A stretch of 45,195 bases of DNA from Candidatus Altarchaeum sp. (GTDB lineage: Archaea; Altiarchaeota; Altiarchaeia; Altiarchaeales; Altiarchaeaceae). The position numbers and the translations under genes were made by a program. Positions 8,668 to 18,376 of the stretch are shown piece after piece (position 1 is the stretch's first letter; each line of letters begins with the position of its first letter). Under the pieces are notes generated by a model. It ran no database searches. It worked only from the letters and a program-made list of their open reading frames with translations, and had not been told where the DNA came from. The stretch covers positions 1 to 45,195 of the forward strand of contig JAGWDQ010000087.1 in assembly GCA_018260615.1 (NCBI GenBank), in the 5' to 3' direction.

Positions 8668-10344
8668 ATGAACCAAATATTTTTTAAATCCGGATTGATT
8701 GTCGTCTTGATATTTTTTGTGTTTTTTGCGATGAATGTAAGTGCTTATGAAATGGAAAATAATTTGTGCAAATGCACTCACTGTGAGGACTGCACAAAGG
8801 CATTAGATGACGGAGCATGTTCTGTTGTTCAGCTTACGAGGGACCTGGATGAGTCCGTAATGGGAAAAAGCGGTGCGAGTTGTATTATCAATCCCGCATT
8901 CGGAAGCGGCAAAATTTTTGACTGCAATAACCATAAAATAGAAAGATGTTCGTCTTGCGGCCAGGACGAAAACACTTACGGAGTGTATTTAAGGGACAAA
9001 AAGGACATGACAATAAAAAACTGCAATTTTATAAATTTCAGAAACGGAGTAAATATTTATTCCTCCTCAAACATAAAAATAACAAATAATAAATTTTCCA
9101 GCGGATATGAAGGGATTTACATCAAGGAAGGAACAAAGTGCGCTCTTGAAAACAATGTCCTTAAAAATATGGAATTGACAGGAATACATCTTTTAAATTC
9201 TAATGGGAATTCTATCCGCAACAACGACCTTACAGGCATCACCGGAAATAGTGTGACTGCAATATTCCTGGAGAAGTCCGCTCAAAATTTAATAAAAAAC
9301 AATAATGCGAACGACAGGAAAGAAAGAGGAATATTTTTAAAGGAATCAAATAATAATACTCTCAATAAAAATTTTGTTAACGGATGTAATGTCGGAATAC
9401 AAATAGAATATTCTTCCGGAAATGATATATCAGAAAATAAAGCAAGCAAATGTATGGATTCATCAATATTTCTTTTACATTCGTCAAAAAATACCATATC
9501 AAAAAACGAGGCAAATTCAAACCAAAAATACGGAATGCAAATTTCCCAGTCAAACGAAAATTTAATAAGCAATAATGAGATAAAAAACAATGTGTTTTCT
9601 TATGGTTTATATATTGATTACTCCTCTGACAACAACATATCTGAAAATTTAATTACATCAAATCGTAAAGGAATATATAGCATCGGAAGTAAAAATTTTA
9701 TATATAAAAATAAGGTATGCTGGAATAAGGATTATGATTTTGATTCTTCAAAATGGATGGGATCGAGCGGAAATGATAATTGTTGTGATATTCCCGGCGG
9801 ATGGAATGACCTCAATGCGAACGGATGCAGTAAGAAATGTAAATGTGAATCAAATGATGAATGCAACGATGATGAAAGTTGTAAAAATGCGGGATGTGAA
9901 AAGTTAAAATGTGGTAAAATTTATGAGCATAAATGTGTTGAATGTTTAAATGACAGCGACTGTCCAAAATCTGAGAAATGTGCAAACAATAAGTGCAAAC
10001 TGAAAGATGGATTTTGTAATAGTAACAAGGATTGTAAAAGTGATGAGAAATGTGAAAATAACAAATGTATGCAATTGGAATGTCCAAGCAATGAAAAACC
10101 GGAAGAACATAAATGCGTTCCGAAAGAGACGAAGGAAGAAAAAACTACAAATGAGACAAACATAATAAATAATGTAAGTGATGGAAAAGAAAAACCAAAA
10201 GAAGAACCGCAAAATTTACTGCCTTTAATTCTGCTGGTAATTGTTGTGATAATTGTTCTTTACTTTTTATTCGGAAGGAAAAAAAATACCAAAGGCACAA
10301 ATGTTAAGGAGAAACCTAAAGAAGTTAAAGGAGAAAAAATTTAA
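8668..10344 (+). CDS. Membrane-anchored beta-helix/Cys-rich surface protein (paralog 2, tandem duplicate)
   Basis: Same architecture and co-linear with 6952-8634 at an offset of 1716-1719 bp. Confidence 0.85.
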   Translation: MNQIFFKSGLIVVLIFFVFFAMNVSAYEMENNLCKCTHCEDCTKALDDGACSVVQLTRDLDESVMGKSGASCIINPAFGSGKIFDCNNHKIERCSSCGQDENTYGVYLRDKKDMTIKNCNFINFRNGVNIYSSSNIKITNNKFSSGYEGIYIKEGTKCALENNVLKNMELTGIHLLNSNGNSIRNNDLTGITGNSVTAIFLEKSAQNLIKNNNANDRKERGIFLKESNNNTLNKNFVNGCNVGIQIEYSSGNDISENKASKCMDSSIFLLHSSKNTISKNEANSNQKYGMQISQSNENLISNNEIKNNVFSYGLYIDYSSDNNISENLITSNRKGIYSIGSKNFIYKNKVCWNKDYDFDSSKWMGSSGNDNCCDIPGGWNDLNANGCSKKCKCESNDECNDDESCKNAGCEKLKCGKIYEHKCVECLNDSDCPKSEKCANNKCKLKDGFCNSNKDCKSDEKCENNKCMQLECPSNEKPEEHKCVPKETKEEKTTNETNIINNVSDGKEKPKEEPQNLLPLILLVIVVIIVLYFLFGRKKNTKGTNVKEKPKEVKGEKI

Positions 10345-10345
10345 A

Positions 10346-10906
10346 TTGAATAGAAAAACAATTAAAGAATTTTTAAAGCCAGATTGGAAAAAGATTTTAA
10401 TCTTTGGGGTATTCGTATTTATTGCCGTTGGCGGCAGTATTCAGAGTTGGGCGTTTTCAGATATACCTCCAAAGCCGCCTTTATATGATGTTTTAGCTCC
10501 GTTTCCTTTTTGGACAACATGGATTTTTCTAATGATACCTCTCGGAATACTGACAGCACCTTTTAACTATATCGGTTTCTGTCTATTCTGTCCACCGTAT
10601 TTTTATCCGCTTGAAGCGATTTATTTTTATCTCCTTTCTTGTGCAGTGGTTTCTGCTTATCATTACAAAGACAGAATCAACAAGAAGTATTTCTTAATAG
10701 CGCTTCTCCCAATTATACTAATATTTTTTTACGAATTTGGTTCTTTTGTTGTATTCAGTGCATTTATGAATATTAGGGATGTATCCGCAACAGAGATTTT
10801 TTGGTTCGCATTTGCATTAATTGCGGTGTTTTTTGTGGTGGTTCTTTACACATATCTTATTTTTTGTCTGATAACATATTTATGGAATAAATTTTTCAGA
10901 CCTTAA
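10346..10906 (+). CDS. Hypothetical multi-pass membrane protein
   Basis: About five hydrophobic segments; a TTG start at 10346 just after the upstream TAA is preferred to the track start at 10253, which overlaps the upstream CDS. Confidence 0.65.
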   Translation: MNRKTIKEFLKPDWKKILIFGVFVFIAVGGSIQSWAFSDIPPKPPLYDVLAPFPFWTTWIFLMIPLGILTAPFNYIGFCLFCPPYFYPLEAIYFYLLSCAVVSAYHYKDRINKKYFLIALLPIILIFFYEFGSFVVFSAFMNIRDVSATEIFWFAFALIAVFFVVVLYTYLIFCLITYLWNKFFRP

Positions 10907-11711
10907 ATTTCACCTTCCCTTCAAAAACATACTTTGCACCCCCAGTCAAAAAAATTTCTTCTTCTCCTGCATTATTTTCATTTATCTCTACATTCAAATC
11001 CCCACCCCTCGCGTGAATTAAAAATTTCTTCTTCCCGTGCTTTTTATACATAGCATAAGATGCGGCACAAATTCCCGTCCCGCAGGCAAGTGTTTCATCT
11101 TCAACCCCTCTTTCATAAGTTCTTATTCTGAATTCATCATCGCCAAGGCGCTGGATAAAATGCGCATTTGCCCCGTTCTTAAACACATTGGAATTTCTTA
11201 TTTCCCTTCCCAATTCCTTCACATTTACATAATCAACATCGCTCCATGAAGTAATAAAATGCGGATTTCCGACATTAACATAATATCCGCTAAATCCGCG
11301 GGCGTTCATCTCGCTAAATTCTAATACCTTTCCCAAATTTACCTTAACCTCAAAGTCCTTATTTGTCTTTTTCGGAAAAATTTCCAAATTTAATATTCCC
11401 TTCAGTGTATCTGCTTTAATAAAATTTTTCTTTTCAATAAAATCATAAAAATATCGGGCAAAACATCTTATTCCGTTTCCGCACATCTCGGCAATACTTC
11501 CGTCCGGATTAAAGAAGTGAAATTTTGCATCCGCATCCTTATCCGGTTTTTGTAAAAATATCACTCCGTCGCTTCCTATTCCGAAATGCCTGTCTGAAAT
11601 TTTCTTAACAAAGTTGGACTTTTTATCTTCGGGAATTAAAATTTTGTCGTATTCGTTCACTAATACAAAGTCGTTTCCTGCTGCCTGCATCTTCACAAAC
11701 GGGATTTTCAT
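10896..11711 (-). CDS. dapF: Diaminopimelate epimerase
   Basis: KMQAAGNDF, GIGSDG, AEMCGNGIRC, VNVGNPH, RTYERGVEDETLACGTG. Confidence 0.96.
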   Translation of the reverse strand: MKIPFVKMQAAGNDFVLVNEYDKILIPEDKKSNFVKKISDRHFGIGSDGVIFLQKPDKDADAKFHFFNPDGSIAEMCGNGIRCFARYFYDFIEKKNFIKADTLKGILNLEIFPKKTNKDFEVKVNLGKVLEFSEMNARGFSGYYVNVGNPHFITSWSDVDYVNVKELGREIRNSNVFKNGANAHFIQRLGDDEFRIRTYERGVEDETLACGTGICAASYAMYKKHGKKKFLIHARGGDLNVEINENNAGEEEIFLTGGAKYVFEGKVKFKV

Positions 11712-11774
11712 TTTATTTATAAAGTTATAAATTTAATTATCAAAGATAAATTTTAAAAATTTTAAGACATAAAA

Positions 11775-12668
11775 TTGGATGTTCAAAATTCTAAACCATT
11801 GGTTTTGTTGGGATTAAATAAAGTCGGATGCAAAGGAATAAAAAAGCAAATAATAAGGGATGGCAATACACTTTATGCTGACATAGATGCGTATGTGGAT
11901 TTGGCAGGGGACAGGAAAGGAATTCACATGTCAAGGATTATAGAAAGCATAGATGAAATCATAGAAAAGATAGATAAAAAGGTAAATAACTGCGAGGACT
12001 TTTGTGTTGAAATTGCAAAGAAGATCATTGAGACGCAGAATGATGCCGAAAGGTCAGAAGTAAATTTAACTGCTGATTTCAGCACGCAACGGGATAAATT
12101 TGGAAAAAGTGTTGAAAAGATATATAAATTGCTCGCATCCGGTATTATAACAAAGAAAGAACACAATATGGAAGTCAGAAAAAAGATTGGCTGCAAAGTG
12201 CTTGGATTAAATGCTTGTCCGTGTGCACAGGAAACAATAAAACAAAGAACTGCTGAAAAATTAAAAAATTTCTTTAATAAACAGCAAACAGATAAAATTT
12301 TATCAGTAATGCCTTTGGCAACACATAACCAGAGAGCGGAAATTACATTAATTGTTGAGACGTCTGAAAACGAACATGTTGAACTTGAGGATTTGATTGA
12401 TGTGTGCGAAAATTCATTTAGTTCTGAAATTTTTGAGATGCTAAAACGACCCGAAGAGGCATCTGTTGTTGAAAATGCACACGCAAAGCCATTATTTGTT
12501 GAGGACAGCGTGAGAGAGGTTGCGGGAAATTTTTATAAAATGTATGGAAATTTAAGAAACGGAATTATAAATGTAAAGGTTAAGAGTTTTGAATCAATTC
12601 ATCCGCATGATGCTTTTGCGGAGTGTAAAATTTTAACAGATGACTTGAGGAAAATTTTTAAATACTGA
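11775..12668 (+). CDS. mptA: GTP cyclohydrolase MptA/FolE2 family
   Basis: KGIHMSR, NACPCAQ, ATHNQRA, PLFVEDSVRE, ESIHPHDAFA; TTG start. Confidence 0.9.
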   Translation: MDVQNSKPLVLLGLNKVGCKGIKKQIIRDGNTLYADIDAYVDLAGDRKGIHMSRIIESIDEIIEKIDKKVNNCEDFCVEIAKKIIETQNDAERSEVNLTADFSTQRDKFGKSVEKIYKLLASGIITKKEHNMEVRKKIGCKVLGLNACPCAQETIKQRTAEKLKNFFNKQQTDKILSVMPLATHNQRAEITLIVETSENEHVELEDLIDVCENSFSSEIFEMLKRPEEASVVENAHAKPLFVEDSVREVAGNFYKMYGNLRNGIINVKVKSFESIHPHDAFAECKILTDDLRKIFKY

Positions 12669-12690
12669 AAATCTACAAGATTTTCAATCT
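12661..12690. repeat. Modular palindromic element unit (TGAAAATCT-aca-AGATTTTCA) that contains the mptA stop codon
   Basis: Same hairpin family as 24399-24419 and 39171-39197. Confidence 0.7.
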
Positions 12691-12783
12691 TTAAAAATAC
12701 TTGAAATATTTTTAAATAATAAATACATAACTTACAAATTTAAAAACAGGAATTAAAAAAGTTAAAAATTTAAAAACAATAAA

Positions 12784-13251
12784 ATGTTCAAAAAAATTTT
12801 GTTTGCAACAGACGGAAGTGAATGTGCAAAAAGGGCGGAAAAATATGCGATAGAACTTGCAAAAGACGAAAACGGGGAAGTTACAGCCATAAGCGTTGGC
12901 AATATATCTTATGCGGCAGTTCCTATAGGAATCGACGGAACCAGTATGCTGCAGGCAACAATTGCCGATGCGATAGAAAATGAAACGAAGAATGCGGAAA
13001 AATTTTTGAATGAATTTAAGGAAATTGCAGAAAAGGAAAATGTAAAGGTAAATACAATTGTAAAAATCGGAAACCCGGATACGGAAATTATTGAAGAAAG
13101 TGAAAAGAACTATGATGTTATAATTATCGGCTCAAAGGGATTAAGCGGAATAAAAAGATATCTGCTTGGAAGTGTTGCAGAGCATGTTGTCCGATATTCA
13201 AAAATACCTGTTTTGGTTGTGAAAAGCAAAAAAGGAGAATGTGAGGATTGA
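12784..13251 (+). CDS. Universal stress protein (UspA family)
   Basis: KKILFATDGS N-terminus; IIIGSKGLSGIKRYLLGSVAEHVVRYSKIPVLVV. Confidence 0.95.
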   Translation: MFKKILFATDGSECAKRAEKYAIELAKDENGEVTAISVGNISYAAVPIGIDGTSMLQATIADAIENETKNAEKFLNEFKEIAEKENVKVNTIVKIGNPDTEIIEESEKNYDVIIIGSKGLSGIKRYLLGSVAEHVVRYSKIPVLVVKSKKGECED

Positions 13252-13275
13252 AATTTAAAATAAATTTAAGATAAG

Positions 13276-13312
13276 TTCGCTTCGCTCTCATATTTTAAAA
13301 CAAGTTTTAAAA
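13276..13312. repeat. Modular palindromic element remnant abutting the dcd start
   Basis: ttcgcttcgctc followed by TTTTAAAAC-aa-GTTTTAAAA, whose last A is the A of the ATG. Confidence 0.6.
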
Positions 13313-13902
13313 TGATACTATCAGATAAGGATATAAAAGAAGCACTTAAAAAAGGAAATATTAGTATAGAACCCCTGCTGGATGCCGAACTTCAAATTCA
13401 GCCGTCTTCCGTTGATTTGCGGCTGGGAAACGAGTTTCGTCTTTTTAAGTATGTTGAAATGCCCTTTATAGATCCGAGAAACAAAGCAGAAACAAGTTCT
13501 GAAATAACCGAATTAAGAAGTATTAAAGACGACGAGCGGTTTATTGTTCATCCGGGTGATTTTTTGCTCGGGACAACATTAGAATATGTTAAAGTTCCGG
13601 ATGATATGGTGGCACGATTAGAAGGAAGAAGTAGTATGGGTCGGCTGGGCTTAATTATCCACAGCACGGCAGGTTACATTGACCCTGGATTTGAAGGAAA
13701 AATCACACTTGAAATTTCAAATTTGGGAAAAATGCCCGTAGCTTTATATGCAAAGATGAGAATATGCCAGATTGTGTTTGAGAAAATGACATCACCTGCG
13801 GAAAGACCTTACGGAATAAACCGGGACTCAAAGTATCAAAAGCAGGAACATCCCGAGGAAAGTAAAATTTCACAGGACAAGGAATTTAAAAATTTAAAAT
13901 GA
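13312..13902 (+). CDS. dcd: dCTP deaminase
   Basis: MILSDKDI, QIQPSSVDLRLG, LEGRSSMGRLG, AGYIDPGFEGKITLE, RICQIVF. Confidence 0.96.
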   Translation: MILSDKDIKEALKKGNISIEPLLDAELQIQPSSVDLRLGNEFRLFKYVEMPFIDPRNKAETSSEITELRSIKDDERFIVHPGDFLLGTTLEYVKVPDDMVARLEGRSSMGRLGLIIHSTAGYIDPGFEGKITLEISNLGKMPVALYAKMRICQIVFEKMTSPAERPYGINRDSKYQKQEHPEESKISQDKEFKNLK

Positions 13903-15446
13903 AATTTGTATTGGATACAAATGTTATAATTAACGAGAAAGTCGATGAATTTTTGAAGGATATGCCGGAAAAAGAAGATATTGAAATTTTAATCCCAGAG
14001 ATCGTAATCCGTGAACTTGAACACATAGCAGGCAAGGGAAAGGACGAGGGAATCAAAGGAATTGAATATATAAAAAAATTACGGGAAAATTTAGATGTCA
14101 AAATTGTTTCTTCACAGGAAAACAAAGCGGAAACCGGGATAAACAGGAATGACCGCATCATAATGAACATCGCAAAGGAAAATAATGCCGTTTTGGTAAC
14201 AAGTGACAGATTGCTCGCAAAAATTTCCGAACTGTATGATGTCCATGTCAGGTTGTTAAAATTTACCCACAAAGAGCCAGAAATTTTTAAATTTTTTGAT
14301 GAAAATACCTTGTCTCTGCATGTAAAAGGAGGAGTAATATTTGCAAAAAAAGGCGGTGTCGGAAATTTTCGTTTGGAAAAAATTTCGGAAGGAATAAGCG
14401 AGGAAAAAATTAAGGAGTATGCAGATGAAATTTACGAATACGGAAAGGAAAATAAATTTATTGAAATTGAAGAAAGAGGAGTAACCGTAATACAGGTGGG
14501 AATTTTCAGAGTCGTTTTAGCAAAACCACCGTTTTGTGACGGTTATGAGATTACCGCTGTTAAACCGCTCGTCAAAAAAACATTGGAGGATTACAACATA
14601 ACAAAGAAGTTGCTTAAACGATTAGAAGAAAGGGCGGAAGGAATATTCATAAGCGGACCTCCGGGAGCGGGAAAATCAACATTTGCACAGGGTCTGGCAG
14701 AATTTTATCTGAATAAGGGAAAAATCGTTAAAACAATGGAATCACCGCGTGATTTGCAGGTCAGGGATGAAATTTCGCAGTACGCACCATTGGAAGGAAA
14801 TATGGAAAAAACAGCAGATATTTTGCTTTTGGTCAGACCTGATTATACGATTTATGACGAACTGCGAAAGACAAAGGATTTTGAAATTTTTGCTGATATG
14901 CGACTTGCAGGTGTCGGGATGGTCGGAGTTACTCACTCATCAAAACCGATAGATGCCATCCAGCGACTGATCGGAAGGGTTGAATTCGGCATGATTCCGC
15001 ATATTATTGATACGGTAATATTTATAAAAGGAGGAGTGATAGAGAAGGTTTATGAATTAAACATGGAGATAAAGGTACCTCGCGGAATGAGGGATATGGA
15101 TTTAACAAGACCGGTAATTGTTGTCAGGGACTTTGATAAATTAAATGTAGAATATGAATTGTATAGTTTCGGGAACGAGGTTGTTGTCGCTCCTGTAAAA
15201 ACAAAAGAAATGACCAAGACGGAAAATGAACTGGGTATTTCAGGAATTTCAATAATGAAGTCAAAAAAGCACATAACAATAAAAGCAAACACAAATTTTA
15301 CAGGTGAAACAAAAATATATGCGGATGATGAATTTTTATTTTCGGATTTTTGCAGAAACGGAAGTGTCCGAATTTTAAGGAATACGCATTACGGGAATAT
15401 AATTATGGATTGTCTTAAAGCCGGGAAAAAGATTGAAATGAGATAA
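13899..15446 (+). CDS. PIN-domain ATPase (PINA / MJ1533-like)
   Basis: PIN motif FVLDTNVII; Walker A GPPGAGKST; TMESPRDLQ, RPDYTIYDE, RLAGVGMVGVTH. Confidence 0.92.
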   Translation: MKFVLDTNVIINEKVDEFLKDMPEKEDIEILIPEIVIRELEHIAGKGKDEGIKGIEYIKKLRENLDVKIVSSQENKAETGINRNDRIIMNIAKENNAVLVTSDRLLAKISELYDVHVRLLKFTHKEPEIFKFFDENTLSLHVKGGVIFAKKGGVGNFRLEKISEGISEEKIKEYADEIYEYGKENKFIEIEERGVTVIQVGIFRVVLAKPPFCDGYEITAVKPLVKKTLEDYNITKKLLKRLEERAEGIFISGPPGAGKSTFAQGLAEFYLNKGKIVKTMESPRDLQVRDEISQYAPLEGNMEKTADILLLVRPDYTIYDELRKTKDFEIFADMRLAGVGMVGVTHSSKPIDAIQRLIGRVEFGMIPHIIDTVIFIKGGVIEKVYELNMEIKVPRGMRDMDLTRPVIVVRDFDKLNVEYELYSFGNEVVVAPVKTKEMTKTENELGISGISIMKSKKHITIKANTNFTGETKIYADDEFLFSDFCRNGSVRILRNTHYGNIIMDCLKAGKKIEMR

Positions 15447-15525
15447 AATAAATTTGAGGGTTTTAATACAAACATAAAGCATATAGGAAAATTTAAAAAT
15501 TTTGTAGTTATTAGCGTCTCTCGGT

Positions 15526-15753
15526 TTAAACCTTTTCCCATTCTTTATCATATTCGTTATCCCACAGTTCTTTCATCTTATGTCCCTGAATTTTATGGAA
15601 AAATTCGTCATGCTGATTTCTTGTCTCTATATTTCTGAATGCTTCAATCATACTGGCAATTAGTTCATTGTATGTCTGCCCGGGATATTCTTTAATTTTA
15701 TTCAGGGACTCTAACAGTAGTTTATCTATTTGTATGTTTGCCGTAGCACTCAT
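15526..15753 (-). CDS. Small antitoxin-like (ribbon-helix-helix-type) protein
   Basis: 75 aa; N-terminal strand-helix-helix pattern (TANIQID...TYNELI) and acidic ELWDNEYDKEWEKV tail common in archaeal antitoxins. Confidence 0.55.
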   Translation of the reverse strand: MSATANIQIDKLLLESLNKIKEYPGQTYNELIASMIEAFRNIETRNQHDEFFHKIQGHKMKELWDNEYDKEWEKV

Positions 15754-15848
15754 TTTAAATTTTATTAAATTGTTCCTGATATTTTAAAAATATAAAATAA
15801 TTTGTTATAGAAATATAAATATTTACAAATACAATTATAATATTACAA

Positions 15849-16346
15849 ATGAAAAATTTGGAAATTTTAATAAAAAGCAGAAGGAGTATAAGGAAATTTA
15901 AAAATTTTGAAGTTGAAGAAGAAAAGATAACAAAAATTTTAGAGTTGGGAAGATGGGCATCATCGGGATTGAATAATCAGCCGTGGAGATTTTGCGTGTT
16001 GAGAGCAAAGGAAAAAGATAAAATTTCAAAATTTACTTCTTATGAAAATATCATAACTGAAAGTAATGTTTGCATCTGTGTATTTATGGATAGTAAAGCT
16101 TGCTATGACAGAACAAAGGATTTGCTCGCTGTTGGTGCGTGTATTCAGAATATGCTTTTAACTGCTGAAAATTTAAATTTAGGAACCTGTTGGCTCGGAG
16201 AAATTTTAAAAAACAAAGAGAAGATTAATGAATTGCTGAATATTGACAAATCAAGATACGAATTGGTTGCGGTAATTGCTGTTGGTTATAAAGATGAAAG
16301 TCCTGTTTCTAAGAGGGAAGAACTTGATAAATTGATTTTAAGATAA
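15849..16346 (+). CDS. Nitroreductase family protein
   Basis: RRSIRKF, ASSGLNNQPWRF, QNMLLTAENLNLGTCW, VIAVGY. Confidence 0.93.
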   Translation: MKNLEILIKSRRSIRKFKNFEVEEEKITKILELGRWASSGLNNQPWRFCVLRAKEKDKISKFTSYENIITESNVCICVFMDSKACYDRTKDLLAVGACIQNMLLTAENLNLGTCWLGEILKNKEKINELLNIDKSRYELVAVIAVGYKDESPVSKREELDKLILR

Positions 16347-16403
16347 TAAAAAAAGATATTGGATTAATTTTAATTAAACTTTTATAAAATAATTAATTAT
16401 ACG

Positions 16404-17711
16404 ATGAACGACACCACAGTTTTAAAAAAAACTGAACTCTCAGATATTCCCATCGACTATTCATGGTCGTTTTCTGACAAGACAATAAAAGACACTTCTT
16501 ACATTACACACGGTTACTATACTTATCCTGCAAAGTTTATCCCGCAACTTGCAGCACGACTGATAAAAGAACATAGCAATGAAAACGACATCGTAATTGA
16601 CCCGTTTATGGGAAGCGGAACTACTATTGTGGAAGCAATCATAAATAACAGAATTGGAATTGGCACAGACATTAACAATATTGCTTACTTGCTTGCGAAA
16701 GTTAAAACAACACCAATCAAGACGGCAGAACTACTCCAAGAATTCAGCAACATTGAATTTGACTTGCAGAACCGACTAAACGGACAATATGATTATTTTT
16801 TAAAAAAAGCCTTAAAGGTTGTTCCTCAGAAGGATAGGATTGATTACTGGTTTAAGCCAAAGCAAAAAGAAAAGCTGTCAATAATTTTTGCAAGAATTTT
16901 AGAAGTAAAAAATAATGACATCAGAAATTTCTTTTTAGTTGCATTCGCACAAATTTTAAAATCGTGTTCCATTTGGTTACAGAAAAGTGTTAAACCAACA
17001 AGAAACCAAAACAAGAAAATTTACGAACCGCTGACTTTGTTTCTTAATCAATCAAAGAAAATGATTAAGAGACATTTTGAGTTTGACAAAATTTTAAATC
17101 CGAAAATAAAACAGAACATTGATAAATATAGAGTAGTGAAATGTGATGATTCACGAAATTTACCTTGCGAAAAAAATAAAGCAACACTAATAGTTACAAG
17201 TCCACCTTATGTAACTTCTTATGAGTATGCTGACTTGCATCAATTGCCATCATTGTGGTTTGGATATTTGAGCAATTTAGCAGAGTTTAGAAAAAAATTC
17301 ATTGGCAGTGCTTACAAAGACAGGGAAAGAATTGATTTGAAAAGTTCTTTGGCAGAAGAAATTGTTACACAACTCGGAGAAAATAAAAAAGGTAGAGAGG
17401 TAAAAAATTATTTTGCCGATATGCTGGAAACATTTTTTGAAATGAAACGTGTTTTGAAAAAAGGAGGTAGGGCTTGCATTGTCATTGGCAACACACAATT
17501 TCAAGGAGTAAATATTTTAAATGCAGAGGTTTTTCAAGAACAATTTGAAAATATTGAATTTAAGACACATAATATTATTAATAGAGAAATTCCCTCTAAA
17601 ATGTTGCCATCAACAAGAGACTCAGAGACAGGACAATTTGTAAAAGCAAATGATAAAAATTTGAAATTGGCGTATCCAACAGAATATATTTTAATAATGG
17701 AAAAATTATGA
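16404..17711 (+). CDS. Amino-DNA methyltransferase, probably N4-cytosine (motif I before motif IV)
   Basis: THGYYTYPAKF, DPFMGSGTT (motif I), VTSPPY (motif IV, SPPY). Confidence 0.88.
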   Translation: MNDTTVLKKTELSDIPIDYSWSFSDKTIKDTSYITHGYYTYPAKFIPQLAARLIKEHSNENDIVIDPFMGSGTTIVEAIINNRIGIGTDINNIAYLLAKVKTTPIKTAELLQEFSNIEFDLQNRLNGQYDYFLKKALKVVPQKDRIDYWFKPKQKEKLSIIFARILEVKNNDIRNFFLVAFAQILKSCSIWLQKSVKPTRNQNKKIYEPLTLFLNQSKKMIKRHFEFDKILNPKIKQNIDKYRVVKCDDSRNLPCEKNKATLIVTSPPYVTSYEYADLHQLPSLWFGYLSNLAEFRKKFIGSAYKDRERIDLKSSLAEEIVTQLGENKKGREVKNYFADMLETFFEMKRVLKKGGRACIVIGNTQFQGVNILNAEVFQEQFENIEFKTHNIINREIPSKMLPSTRDSETGQFVKANDKNLKLAYPTEYILIMEKL

Positions 17712-18376
17712 ACATCAACGACCTCATTGCATCATACAACAAGAAAAAAGAGGAATACGGTAAGGAAGCATATCGGCACATTTCAAATCTTTTGAGAGAA
17801 GCAAAATTACAGCATAAAAAAGATTTTCAAGGAGATGACCACGAACAATCTTGGAGAGCATTTAAAGGAAAAAATCTTGAAAAATTAATTGAGTTTATCA
17901 TAACGGATGAAGTTAGAACTTTGGGGCTTGAAGTTATGAATGGAAATTCTCTTGAAAGAACTAACGGAAAAAATCTCTCCAAAGAATTGGGATTAGTGAA
18001 AAGGAATCTACTCGTTGATTATGGGGAATTTGGCTCTCATCTTCCAGATGTGGATATTATCATTTATCGTCCAAAGACAGGTAAAGTTATTGCCGTACTT
18101 TCAAGTAAAGTAACTTTGCGAGAACGTATTGCTCAAACTGGCTATTGGAAAATAAAACTTGCATCCGATGAAGTAACAAAGCACATCAAAGTTTATTTCG
18201 TAACGCCTGATGAGGATGGAACATTGGCAGTAAAGAAACCAACAAAGAAAGGCAGAGCAATAGTTGAAGTAGATTTAGATGGTAGTTATGTGTTGAGCGA
18301 AACTAACATTGAAGAAAGTGGAAAAGTAAAAATGTTTGATAAATTTATTGATGATTTAAAAAAACTGATAAAATGA
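17708..18376 (+). CDS. Type II restriction endonuclease, BsaWI/Cfr10I-like PD-(D/E)XK family
   Basis: KGKNLE, LPDVDIII and LSSKVTLRERIAQ match the PD...K-x3-RER pattern; ATGA overlaps with both flanking methylases. Confidence 0.75.
   Translation: MNINDLIASYNKKKEEYGKEAYRHISNLLREAKLQHKKDFQGDDHEQSWRAFKGKNLEKLIEFIITDEVRTLGLEVMNGNSLERTNGKNLSKELGLVKRNLLVDYGEFGSHLPDVDIIIYRPKTGKVIAVLSSKVTLRERIAQTGYWKIKLASDEVTKHIKVYFVTPDEDGTLAVKKPTKKGRAIVEVDLDGSYVLSETNIEESGKVKMFDKFIDDLKKLIK

Noticed and set aside
8131-10202. DGR template/variable repeat pair
   Set aside because: The two copies are identical with no adenine-specific mismatches, both are coding, and no reverse transcriptase is in the window.
10253-10345. 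N-terminal extension of the membrane protein given by the ORF track
   Set aside because: It overlaps the upstream CDS in another frame; the TTG at 10346 fits better.
13899-15753. PIN ATPase plus small ORF as a VapBC pair
   Set aside because: The genes are convergent, and the PIN domain belongs to the conserved PINA ATPase rather than a free VapC toxin.
17708-18376. Inferring the RM recognition site from motif depletion
   Set aside because: CCGG, WCCGGW and GTAC all occur repeatedly; a proper observed/expected count over the whole genome would be required.
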